DNA of 59,235 nt, the filler included, from Dirinaria sp. TL-2023a (Eukaryota), in assembly GCA_051941275.1 (NCBI GenBank). It is 4 parts of 4 records of this genome, joined end to end, with 100 filler letters (N's around TTAATTAATTAA, not from the genome) between each part and the next. Parts side by side here need not be neighbours in the genome. Positions count along the whole stretch, not along the records: positions 14,845 to 29,579 come from JAVEBF010000587.1; 3 more parts are not named here. The stretch is one strand, 5' to 3'. Below the pieces are notes generated by a model. That model did no database searches and was not told where the DNA came from. It saw only the letters and a program-made list of their open reading frames with translations. Position numbers and translations under genes: made by a program. Positions 15,299 through 27,059 of the stretch are shown here, piece by piece (positions within the stretch are counted from its first letter, which is position 1; every line of letters begins with the position of its first letter).

Positions 15299-18200
15299 AT
15301 GGCAACCTCTTCCCCACCAGTCTCTCCACCAAACCAACCACAGCGGCCTTTGAGTGGAATAAATGGCATGCAGAGAAGTTCCAGTCGGATGAGTGTCAAC
15401 AGCAGACAGGGCGGAAGTAGTAGGCTCTCAGATGATGATGCGAGAACAGCGGTCAAAGTTGGTGAGTTGAACATGTCTGGCTTCCCACTCCAAGACGAGG
15501 AACTAAAACATTCTATCAACTTAGCTGTGAGGGTGCGCCCACCTCTGAAGCCGACTGATCCGGGTTTTGATCTCATTCCTCAACGATTTCAACGATCATT
15601 ATGCCGTGCGATCTCTCCTACAAGTCTTGCGATCGATTCGCCATCAGGCCGGGAACCCTTCGTTTTTGATAGGGTTTTCGCTGAGGATGTACAGCAAGAA
15701 GGGGTTTGGGATTATATCAGCGAAAGCATTGAAGCTTTCCTTCAAGGTTACAACGTTTCCGTGCTAGCGTATGGGCAATCTGGGTCAGGCAAATCATACA
15801 CTATGGGAACATCAGGCGCAGCGGAGCAGAGTGACCCTCAGATGATGGGTACGTGGTGTTCATCTCTCGAAAAGCTTTCCTGAGGCCCTAGTCAAATCTG
15901 GGACATGAGCTAAGTTTCTCTTACAGGCGTAATCCCCAGGGCCGCGCGCGTCCTCTTTCGCAAACTCCAAGGACCGCCGTCATTACGGCGGTCCGGATCA
16001 TCTGCTTTGAAGGCGCCTACTCGATATTCTATGTACTCGCCGCAGAACTCTTCTCAGAATCTTATGGCCATGGCGAAGAAGGACGCTCAGCACGGTCCGG
16101 AGAAAGACTGGGAGATGAAAGTCTCATACGTTGAGGTGTGTATATCCGGGCAATCTTCACAACAGCCAATTTGACAAGGCGCATCAGATCTACAATGAGC
16201 AACTGCGGGATCTATTACTACCCGACACTATACCTCCCACGGAGCGAGCACCAGTGATTATCCGAGAAGACACAAAAGGTCGCATTCTCCTGACGGGCCT
16301 GCATCAAGTCAGTATCAATTCGATCGAAGATCTGCTGAATGCCTTGAATTTTGGCTCGTCGATTCGCCAGACCGATGCAACAGCTATCAATGCGAAATCT
16401 TCTCGTTCACATGCAGTGTTCAGTATCAACTTAGTCCAGCGTAGAAAGGCCCAGCCCTCAACAAAGCAGGAAAAAAGGTTCTCTGTACCTTTAGAAGCGA
16501 TGAGCGGCTTAGAGAATGCCGTCACGTTGGACAGCAAACTCCATTTTGTGGATCTAGCTGGTAGTGAACGGCTGAAAAACACCGGGGCCTCTGGCGACCG
16601 GGCTCGAGAGGGAATAGCGATCAATGCAGGCCTTGCGAGTTTGGGAAAAGTCATCTCACAGCTCTCATCTAGACAACCAGGCGCTCACGTTTCGTATCGC
16701 GATTCCAAGCTAACGCGATTACTACAAGATGCCTTGGGTGGCAATGCAATAACTTACATGATCGCTTGCGTAACGCCAGCTGAATTTCATCTGAGCGAGA
16801 CTTTGAACACGGTTCAGTACGCAAAGCGAGCGCGAGCGATCCAGATCAAACCCGAGATACAACAGATCTCCGACGAGAGTGATAAGCAAGCTGTCATCGA
16901 TAGATTACGTGCTGAGGTGCAATTTCTCCGTGACCAGATCAGTAGTACCAACCACGGCGATATGCGGAATGATGCAGCGCAAGAAAGACTGGAGCGGCAG
17001 AACGACCGGGAGATAGAGCTTCAAAACCACCTTCTTGACGTTCAAGAAAATTACACTGCTCTCAGCCAGCGCCATGCCAAGCTCATTTCTGAGATTGCGA
17101 AAGCAAGGGACGACAAAGCTAATTCAACGCCGACGCTGACAGAGGTCATTGGGGATTCGGCGGTTGAAAGGCTCAAGCGCTCCAACTCCTTTGCTGAGGC
17201 CGTAGAACAGGTTGTGCTTGAGTACGAGAAAACGATACAAAGCTTGGAATCTTCACTGTCAAAAACCAGGTCGTCGCTGGCTTCAACTGAGAGCAGTTTA
17301 CTAGAGAGAGAAAGCAAATGCGCCTACGTTGATACTCTCAACCAGCAACTACAGAATAAAATCCAAAAAATAATCGACAGAGAAGCAAACACCGAAACAT
17401 ACCTTCGTGACCTCGAAGCTCGACTTGACGGTCAAGCTACTGGAGAAGAGAAAAGTTCAGCCGTGGTGATTGAACTCAGAAAAGAGATTTCTAGGATTCG
17501 GGAAAATGAAGCAAGTTGCGAAGAATATATCTCAACTCTCGAGGAACGGTTGGCCGAAAGCGATCAGGATATGGAGCTCATGCGACGCGAAGTCGATCGT
17601 CTCGAGAACGTGGTTGAAAGGCAGCGAAGCATTGGGAAGCTGGACAACCTGCTGTACGAATTTGACCATGTCCAACAGAATGGGAAATTCCAGCATCAAA
17701 GCAAGGCCAGCAAAACAGCCGCCAATCGTATTTCTCAACAGCAACTCAACTCACAAGAGCCCAAGTACGACCTGCAGGATGCTGTCAGAACCGTGATACC
17801 TGAGTCTGACGATGAGGATCTGGAAGACGGCGATCCTTTAACTCCGCGCTACAGGGCGCTTGATGTAAGGCAAACCGACGTGGATGATGAAAAGATCAAA
17901 GCACAGGAGATCAATGGTTTCAATTCGGAGCATGGGGTTGCCACCGAAGCTCGGCCCAGCACAGCCCAGTCCCGACTAAGATCGGAGAAGCTTGACAATG
18001 TGACCCAGGAGCTCTTTGCCCTGAGATCAGAACATGAGACAACGATTACTGAATATAACTTGATGTCCGCTAAGTATGAGGAGGCATTACGAACGTTGGC
18101 CGAGCTTCAAGATGCTGCGGATGAAGCTCGTCATCCTGCTCCTCCACTGTTTGCCCCCTCACCGGCATCGACACGGCCTACTTCTTTTTTAGGGGACGCG

Positions 18201-20720
18201 AGGGTGAACGAGCTAAGACACGTAGGACAACTACCATCCTCGCGATCCTTGTCTTCGGAGTTGTCCTTAGCTGCGGAATCCAATACCTCCGTCGAACACT
18301 CTATGGACGGATCGCCACTGACGAGCAAGCCTTCAGGGACTATCGACGAAATGTCACAAGCTGAGATCCTGCTGCGACAGGAGAACGAGCACCTCAAGAA
18401 AGCTCAAGATGAGAAAGATGCGGCATTGATAGCAATCAAGGACCAATACACAGAGTTGCAGGATTTGCACGCAGAAACGCTGGATTTCATGGAGGAACTG
18501 AAAACTGAGGTAGAACGATCCAAGAGGAGTCCGACCTCACCGGCAAACCCTCTTGTTAGGAGGAAGGGTAGCCAGAATATGTTGACGCTCGATCGCGCCC
18601 ATCGAGCGCTGGCCTCTTTGAAGAACATCGCCGCAGAAAACCTTGAGGACAAACCGGACACGATGCAGAACTTTGAGCTCAACCTAAATATGACAATGCA
18701 AGAGCTCTACGAGAAAGCGGAGCGTGTACAAGTACTCGACGTTGAGCTTACCAAGGTCAAAAAGGAGATGGAGGCGAAATCGACCATGATCTCTGGTCTG
18801 GCCCGAGAACGATCAAGCTTGCAAAGCTCACCTGTCGATATTTCCGTGATGTCGTCGATCCAGCAGCAGCTGATGCAGAACGAGAACCAGGTGAAAGCGC
18901 TGCAAGAAACTCACGCTGCGCGAGAACAAGAATTGCTCAGTCAGGTCGAGTCACTCAAGCAGTTACTCGATGAGCAAGCGCAGCAAAACAAACCTGCTAT
19001 GCCAGGCTTCTTCCCTGAAACACCCGCTACCCTTGACAATGCGCAATTAGATACGAAGCAGCTTGGCCAGGCTTCAACAGCCATTGAGGTCACAAGGCTA
19101 CAAGAAGAGGTTCGAGAGTGGCAAAACAAGCACGATGCTGTGATAAACTCCATGCAAGCCTCTGAGAAGGAATTATTGTCCACAATAAGTGAGCTCGAAA
19201 CAGCCATGGCAAGTGTCGATACGCTGCGAAGCAAGAACTCCGAAATAGAGGGTGCCGCTCGATTCGCGGTGGAGAGGACTCAACTTTCGCAAGCACTTGA
19301 GTCATTGAACAAGGAACTTCAAGAGCACAAGAAAGTCATCGCGACTAATCGCGAGCAGATCGCTGATCTAGAGCGGTCGCAGGTTGCAGCTCGAGAACAG
19401 CTACAGGAAAATGCGCGCTACAGAGCCTTCGCTGAAGCTCAGATAAATTCGCACAGTGATCAAATGAAACGTCTCGAACAGACGATTCTGGAACATAAGT
19501 CTGATGTTGAATTCCACAAACATGGTCTTCGGTCTTTACACGACTCACATGCGAAAGAAGTGGAAAATGTCCGGTTCAGACTGGAGTCAGATCATGCGCA
19601 CGATAGGGCAACTCAACACGCAGAGCTTAAGCTTGAACATGAGCAGCAATATGAGCGGCAGAAAGCTGAGTTTGAAGAGGCTATGCAAGAAACCAACAGT
19701 CAACTTACAGAAGCTGTTCAGCAACGCGACCAACTTCAGCAAGAACAAAGAGCCCTAGTAGATGAGTTTCAGAGCATTAACAGGAAGCTCCTGGGGGTAG
19801 AAGACACAATTCAAACCAAAGTCAAAGAGCTTGACTCGGTCAAGAAGCGTAATAGAGAACTAACATCGGCCCTCACTGAAGCCACGTCTGCCTTGGAGGA
19901 GTTCAAGCGATCAGCTGACGAGAAGAGTGCTGAGCTCAACAAAGTTATTGCCGAAAAGAAGAAGGCGGACCGTCTTGTGGATGAGCTGGAAGATCAATTA
20001 TCGGCAACATACGATCAGCACCGTGCGGCATCCAGTAGGCTTTCTGTTCTCAGCCAGACACATGATCAAGCGCTTCAAGAAGTGACCTCCGCGAAAGCCA
20101 AACTTGAGGAGGAGCTGGAAATGTACCGCAATAAATTAAATCAAGCAGAGGTAGAAAAGCTCCCCCGCCAGCACTCATTTGATGCGCTAACTAGCGATCA
20201 GCTCGATCGTTCGAGTCTGCAGCCGTCCAGCCTGCGGAAATCAAATTCGGCCATTTCGCTTCCATCACCACCACCTACCATTCCACTCCCTCAAATCCCG
20301 ACTATTGCTTCTGCAACCACGTCACCCCAGCTTCCGAATGGTGGCCAGTCGCCGAGCCCTGATACTGTACTATCGCATCAGCATTTCGAAGCGCAAGAAG
20401 ACAGGATAAGGAGCATCGAGCGTCATTTGTTCGCCGAGAAACAGCTCACAAACACGCTTGAGGAAGCTCTCGTCGACTTGGAGAGTCAAGGCAACAAGGT
20501 GAAGATGGACATGGAAGTTTGGAAGAAGAAAGCGTGGGGCTATGAGGAGGAGCTGATCCAACTGAAGCGCGAGCGAGGCCGTATGCGGGACAGCGTTCAA
20601 GCTGTCGAGGAGGAAAGGATCGCGAGGAAAGAAGCCGAGAGGGCAAGAGAGCGACTTGAGGAGCGCATGAGAGGCATGGAGAGCAAGAAGAAGAAGAAAG
20701 GCGGTTTCAACTGTTTCTGA
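15299..20720 (+). CDS. Kinesin motor protein (kinesin-4/KIF21-like) with long coiled-coil tail; exons 15299-15461, 15525-15848, 15927-16135, 16188-20150, 20202-20720 (~1725 aa)
   Basis: VAVRVRP, FVFDRVF, GYNVSVLAYGQSGSGKSYTMG (P-loop), YVEIYNEQLRDLL, NAKSSRSHAVF, LHFVDLAGSER, HVSYRDSKLTRLLQDALGGN, ETLNTVQYA. The last intron (20151-20201) is in-frame and less certain. Confidence 0.93.
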
Positions 20721-22672
20721 TCCGCTGAACGAGGAGGAGACCTGGAACGTTGGGATGTTTTCCGACATGAACGAGCGGGAGGTTGGGGGGCAGGGCGCGA
20801 TCGGTTGGTTGCTGGATGGTTGAAGGGATTTTCGGACGAAGCAAGCAATGCACATATGGGAGCTTGCTCTGAAGCATATTGCTTTTGGCTATCAGCAGCC
20901 TCACGACCCCCAGTTTTTTCTTTTTTCCTTTTTTTTTTTTCTTTTTCCCCCCCTCTGTGTACATAGGACGAGCCGATTTGCTCTTGCTTTTTGCATGGCG
21001 CGCATCACACCATCCATCATGGTAACATCGAGGCTTTGTTGCAAATCACATAGCTTAGTACTTTAGTTAGATACCCCATCTTGCGAAAATCTTTGTCTAC
21101 AGCTCTGCTCTCCTCCACTTTGCTATAATATTCCCGTCAAGAGAGGTTGTTGGCCTTTAATAATGCATTCGGAAGGGTATCGCTTGCATCCGGCAGTGTC
21201 TCCTACGAGAAGTAGTCGCTCACTATCTGCTTCCATTTCAGGAAATTTGTTCTTCAAAACCTGGATAAAGAGAGGGGGGGTGGATCTGCGGGAGAGGTTT
21301 GTGAGCCAGCGGGAAAAATTGACACTGTCAGCATTCTCCTGAATATCTCGTCATAAGGAAGCGGTATGAAGAGCACTAGATCTGAATCTTTTCCGTCACG
21401 TTCTGGAATTTATTCTGAGGTTGTAGAATATATGCTTTGAGGTACAGTTGATTGTCTATTCTAGACTATAGTAGATGTAGTCCAGAGCTACGAATTAAAT
21501 CAGTCGCAGGAGAATCTTTCGCTTGTGCTCTTGGAATCTTACATAAGGCAAGTCTGCCAAGCCTTCTCGATAGACTTCATCTCTTCTCACTGCATCATTG
21601 AGATAATTGCGTTGGAGCCAGGATTTTACATGTAGCTGGGCACGAGTTCGCTACGGAAAAACCCGAGATGGAGCTTGTTTTGGCACGCCTGCAAAGTACT
21701 TCTGGGTCCTATGTCGGGCCTGTCACTACTCTTCAGGAGCTCCCGTTTTGTATCGAAAATAACCACACAGTGTTGCTTTCTCGTAGGTTCTTGTGCATCA
21801 AAGGATAGTAAACCATCGATGCAATACTCAAGTCTTCTTACGCTTACAGTGTGTTTGAGCGCTCATGGAGACCAAGCCGCTCTGGATAGGACGAATGGAC
21901 CGTCGATGGATTTATTATACCAGGATCTTGGCAAGTCATGGGCTTGATCGCGACCAACCAAAGAACTATAAAGATCAGCATACCTATGCTGGTGCTGCAA
22001 GTTCGATATCCAGTCTACGAAATGTTAAAATTGTAGAAGATTATCTGGGTGAATACATCTCCTTAGCTCTAGTGACACCGGCTCAACTTATCCAAGTCAA
22101 CTGCCCCAATCGCTACAATGTACTTATTGACTTCGTATGCTAGCTACTGAGGCATTTCCTTTTTAATGTAATAAAGCTGGATATTCCCCAGTAGCGCTTT
22201 CTCTCAGGGAATATCTCCTTTGGAAGCTTTAGGGCGTGCTTTCCTTGCTAAGATGCATTGTAGTTGCTCTGGATCAAGCCCAACCACTCTGGAGTTGCAG
22301 ACTGTGAACAAGAGAGAAACGTAGTACCCAAGACGCACTGGGGTGTGATTGCCGGACAAAGATTCACCACGAGTTGGCGCTAAGAAAGACGCTAAGGCCT
22401 GTTATGAGAACTCGTGAATCTTCCATCCAAACATTTACCTCACCTCACCTCATCTCATCGGCCAGACGATCCACGTTTGCTTTCATCGCCACACAGCTTC
22501 GCGCTTCAAGCTTCGCGTTACAAACCTGGTTGCTTTTTTCTCAGGGTTGAGCACAAGGAGCTTATAACACCTGGTAAGTACTCCTTTCTCCAACACCACC
22601 ATCACCCTCGACCCCATCATCCATCTTCATCCCCAGCTTGCAACATCACTACCACAAGCTTGCCTCGTAACC

Positions 22673-25600
22673 ATGGTGTCGAAACCGCACTTAAGCCCTC
22701 TGCAAACAGAGGGTATTGCTGCCGTCAACTGCAATAGCCCCCCTAAGCCCAACATGGGGGACAGCATGCTAACCGGAGACTTGTATGAAGTTACCCCGAG
22801 TCCTGCCAGCAGCGACTCTGGAGTCTCTGTGTACTCTTTCCACTGCATCATCGATTTACGGTGCAACACGCCTCTAGCGAGTCCTATCGAACCAGAAACG
22901 ATGTCTACTGCTGCTGCAATACCAGTCCAGATGGGCTCCCCAGTCACCGACTGGGTCCAGCAGCAAGCCTGCGAGGATAACGCAGCCACTAACGAGACCC
23001 ACGCGTCAAAGGTAGAAGAGTCGATGGAGACTCCCTCGGTCGGCGATAGAACCTCCCGGAGATATGACATTACAACACTTCTTCGACTCAGATGGAAAGT
23101 GAAAATGTCTGACGTCAAGCTCCAAATCAACCCCGACGTGTTGCAAGGTACGTGAGCTTTTCGTCTAGCTGACATTCACGTCTCCTTTTGCGCGTTGCGA
23201 TGTGTATCATCGTTGTCAAGCCTCCTGTAGCTTGGTCGCAACTGCATCTCAATAGTCCGCAGGCAAAATCCAAAAGGCTAATCTTTCTTTAGAGCCAATC
23301 TTCAAGCGTACGGTGTTCTCAACTTTGCCCAAAGCATCGAAGCGCTCTCGCGGTCTTTCCGATGTTTCGCTGAATTCATTGCATTCTATTCCCTCGGAGG
23401 AAGAAGTGATCTATCGCAAGTTCCGGCCTTCTCGCCAGCCCTTCGATCCGCCACAGGCTCTCAGCGAAGCTGTCCAGCAGAACTTTGCTCCTCGACTTCC
23501 GAGGCGCCAACCGCTCCCTCCGCCTGCCACTGCCCTCGCGCAGCACCATGCTGGATTTGCTCGTTTTCTCAAGGAGCATGCGTCTCCGCCACACCAACGT
23601 GTGACCGCCGGCGGTCGCATTGTCCCAGCCAGCGGCCCCCCTCCAATCTTCAATGTAGACTCACTTCGGGCATTGGCGTCTCCTTCAGTGGCTCCGAATT
23701 CATTGGCAGCTCCTAAAGAGATCGACCCTGGTCCAGCTACTCAAGAACTTGCTACACAAAACGATATGGCCATGTCCGACGCAGTTGCACCAGCCAATCC
23801 CCAGAATACTGCTCGCGCGGTCGGTACTGCAAAACAACGCCAAACTGTCGCGGCATTTGCAGAAAACATGCGTCAGATCGGTATCCAGGAAGCCGAAAAA
23901 CAGCATATGCAGCTTGGCCCAGCAGGTACAGCTTCCACTATGAACATGTCATTCGCGCTCCCAGATGGCAGTAGAGTACTACTTCAGAATGGGTTACCAT
24001 ATAGAGTATACTGGAATGGCGTTCAGAACGTCGCCGAGCCTCTGAATGTCCAACCTGGGTTGATGCCGGGCTCGACAGCCGCCAACGTTCAAAAGGCAGG
24101 ACCGAGTGCTCAGTATAGCGTGGCCAATCCCAATGCAGCGCCCCCAACTCTTCCAATGGTGATCTCCAATCTGTCAAGCGTTCAGAATCCTCATTCAACG
24201 CATTTTGATCAAGGTGTGCCGGATCATGTGTTGCAACGTCAACACGAAAACTTGCGTTATGAGCTGAAAAAGCTTGACAAGCACATAGCCCTGCGTTCCC
24301 AAACTTTCTCATCAGCCGAACACGCCAACCACGTTGCACAGCGGAAGCATCTCGTGGAGCAGATCGACAACATACGTGTGATGCGTGGACGTCGTGAACG
24401 CACCAGCACAGACGCGACGAATGCCTTGGGTTCTTATGCAAACCTCCAGGATCCAATGTACAGTTATAAACAGATCTACCAGAACGTAATCCAGGGTCCG
24501 CATATGACAGCAAATGCAGGGCCTGGAGGATCTCATTCAGGTATGAATAACCAGATGTTAGCCATAGGCCCTCCGTGGGATGCCTTGATCAACGGTACCC
24601 CTCAAGTCGTGGCGACGACGAACCCCAACGTTCCGTCCCATCAACAGACGCCTTCCGTGAAGGTGGATTCCGCGGCCAGTAAGGTCCTATCGCCAGAGGC
24701 GCCACCTTTTGTTCCCAGCAGCATGCAGGGGAATCAGGCGCGGAAGATCGAAAACTGTCTTCCACATGATCAGCAAAAGAATGACCCGAAAACCACAAAT
24801 GGGTCTCTCTCAACAGCAGCGGCTGCTTCCAGCGATGGCAAGCCAGCTAGCAGCCACACGTACGGGAACGTAGCGAAAGCGTCCACGGGAGAGAAAGATC
24901 AGGATCGCCCTGACAAGGAAATACACTCCCATTCTCGGCTAGCAACATCCGGGTCGTGGAGTGCGATGGACGATGTAGTGCCCGTTGTCCACCAATCCGA
25001 TATCGCTTACGTGGATGACCTTGGCTTGAATCCTGTGCAGGACGCAAAGCTTTACTGCTCAACAGTAACGGAGTTCCAAGAGGTTATCCGTCGTGTACGT
25101 GAACAAGCCCGCTTATACGGTTGCGAAGGAGGTCAAAGCAAGGATCCTGAGTTCGACGCTGAGCAAGATATTCGTTGGGCTATGGCAGACTCAAGCCCTG
25201 TTCCTCTGCCGAGGAAAATGCCGGATCATATTGCGAACCCTCGCCCGTGGAACTGGAATGACAGCGCTTTTAACGTTCGTGCTGATAGATCTCACTTGAA
25301 GTTGGTCAAGAAATCAGATCTGTCGAAATCTCCAGAAAACCTCAAGGGAGCTCCATCTGCAAGCATCGAAACGAAGCCTGCTAGCGGTAATGTTGGTGCC
25401 CTGAGCGATCAAGGGTCGCTCAACCTCAGTACCGACGCTGCTCGTCGTAGCGCCAACCCAGATTCTTCCGACGACAGCGATCCGTTTGGGGACTCGAAGC
25501 AGGTTAATAGCTCGGAAGGTACACGTACCGTCTTAGGTGAGCTTCCCATCAATAGTCGGATTACTGATCCAAGCGCCGAAAGCGCGGCTACCGTACACAG

Positions 25601-27059
25601 CTCTGTTGGATCTCGCACCCCTTCTCAGAAGGAGATCTCTGATGATACGGTCACTCAGCATGCTTTCTTAGAGGTGCCCAATGCTGAGACTTCGCTTAAA
25701 GAGAAACTCTCGAAGGATCACCAGCAGGGCGCGGCCAGTGGGAAATCGACCGAACTAGGTCGTCGTCCTTACCACGCTTACGTTGAAGATGAGAAGGATT
25801 CTCCGAGTGAACCTTCGGTACCAGCAGTCATCATAACAAACACAGCGGCACAGGACAAAGAAGCTGTCAAACAGCCGGAGGCTCTCAAATACCCAATGGT
25901 GAACGGAAAGAAGAATGGTTGGGACATGACGATCGAGGAGTTAGACGCAGATATTGCAGCTAATCCTCAACCCTGGGCACTCCCCCCTCCGCCTCCTGAT
26001 TCTCCTGGATGGGAGGATTATCCGGACCCGCTTCAGATCCGAAGCAAAATGCCCTTCAAGATAGAAGATGTGCAGAGGTCAGCCGTTAGCAAACTCATAA
26101 AGTATATGCTCATATTAATGACTATTAGGGGCCTACGAGGAGATCCACCTGTCCATATGCCAAATATACATGGACCCCAAAACCCCAATGCGGGCCCAAG
26201 CAAACCACAGGTGTTAGCCGGGGGAGCCAAACCTTTTGGCTATAACGAGCATAAACCCATTAGCATCCCAAGGTAGGTTACCAAATATCGAAGCATTGCT
26301 TATCAGGCTGACACTGTGTTCAGTCGTCCGGGTGCCAGCGGCACACCATCATTCCTTCGCGATATGCTGAAGAATCCCCGATTTTCGACCACGAACCTTG
26401 GTCAGCAGCTGCCAGCAGGATCAATGGGCAGCCGGAACGCTGCATTCGCCACGTCTTCCAGACATACCACAGATAAAGAAAATTTTAACAATAATATGTT
26501 AGCCGGTAGCAGAGCCAACCAGACAAACAACCCTATAGGTTCACGTCTACCTAGCTCCAACAACTTAGCCTTTTCGACTCAAGATGCTCGCATCGGTAAA
26601 GCGCAGTCATCAATTGCCTCTTCGTCCCACTACGCCCAAGGCTATCTCCCTCAGAATCCCCGAAACGTCCAGCAGCCATTTAATCATTCCGTGCGTTGGC
26701 ACATACCCCAAGTCTACGGTCACACCCAAAACGGTTATACCCAAAACGGTTATCATATTTCCTCAGGCCCTGGGTATGGTCCTCCTTCTCGTCCTCGCTA
26801 TCCACCTCAGTACGATGGCCCGGGGGAATCTTCACCTCCAAGCAGGGCTCGCTCCGGCCACATGGTGAATGGTGTGGGACAAATGGTGAATGGTGTCAAC
26901 AAAGGGAACGGCAAAGTCACCACCCAAGACTTCGAGGTTACTGCTGCAGATGTTCCATCCTCACATGGCCGTGCTGTCGATGCCTATTTCCGCAACGTGA
27001 GCGAAGCCGACCGCAACGAGGTCAATTCTTCGGAGCAGAGGGCACCCAACGGCCTCTGA
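22673..27059 (+). CDS. Uncharacterised, largely disordered protein with candidate eIF4E-binding and PAM2 motifs; exons 22673-23147, 23293-26077, 26129-26272, 26324-27059 (~1379 aa)
   Basis: Three long same-strand ORFs are joined in frame by GT-AG introns. Higher-complexity blocks: GFARFLKEHASPPHQRVTAGGRIVP, a coiled coil (ENLRYELKKLDKHIAL) and YCSTVTEFQEVIRRVREQAR..DAEQDIRWAM..PRPWNWNDSAFN. Start codon uncertain. Confidence 0.8.

Noticed and set aside
21050..22150. Possible decayed or RIP-mutated gene or transposon remnant
   Set aside because: Frames on both strands look vaguely protein-like, but stop density is near random and no domain, terminal repeat or target-site duplication was recognised.
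22574..22636. Possible 5' UTR intron (GTAAGT..CCCCAG) upstream of the 22673 gene
   Set aside because: Strong donor but no clear branch point, and it does not link an upstream ATG in frame. Cannot be supported without transcripts.
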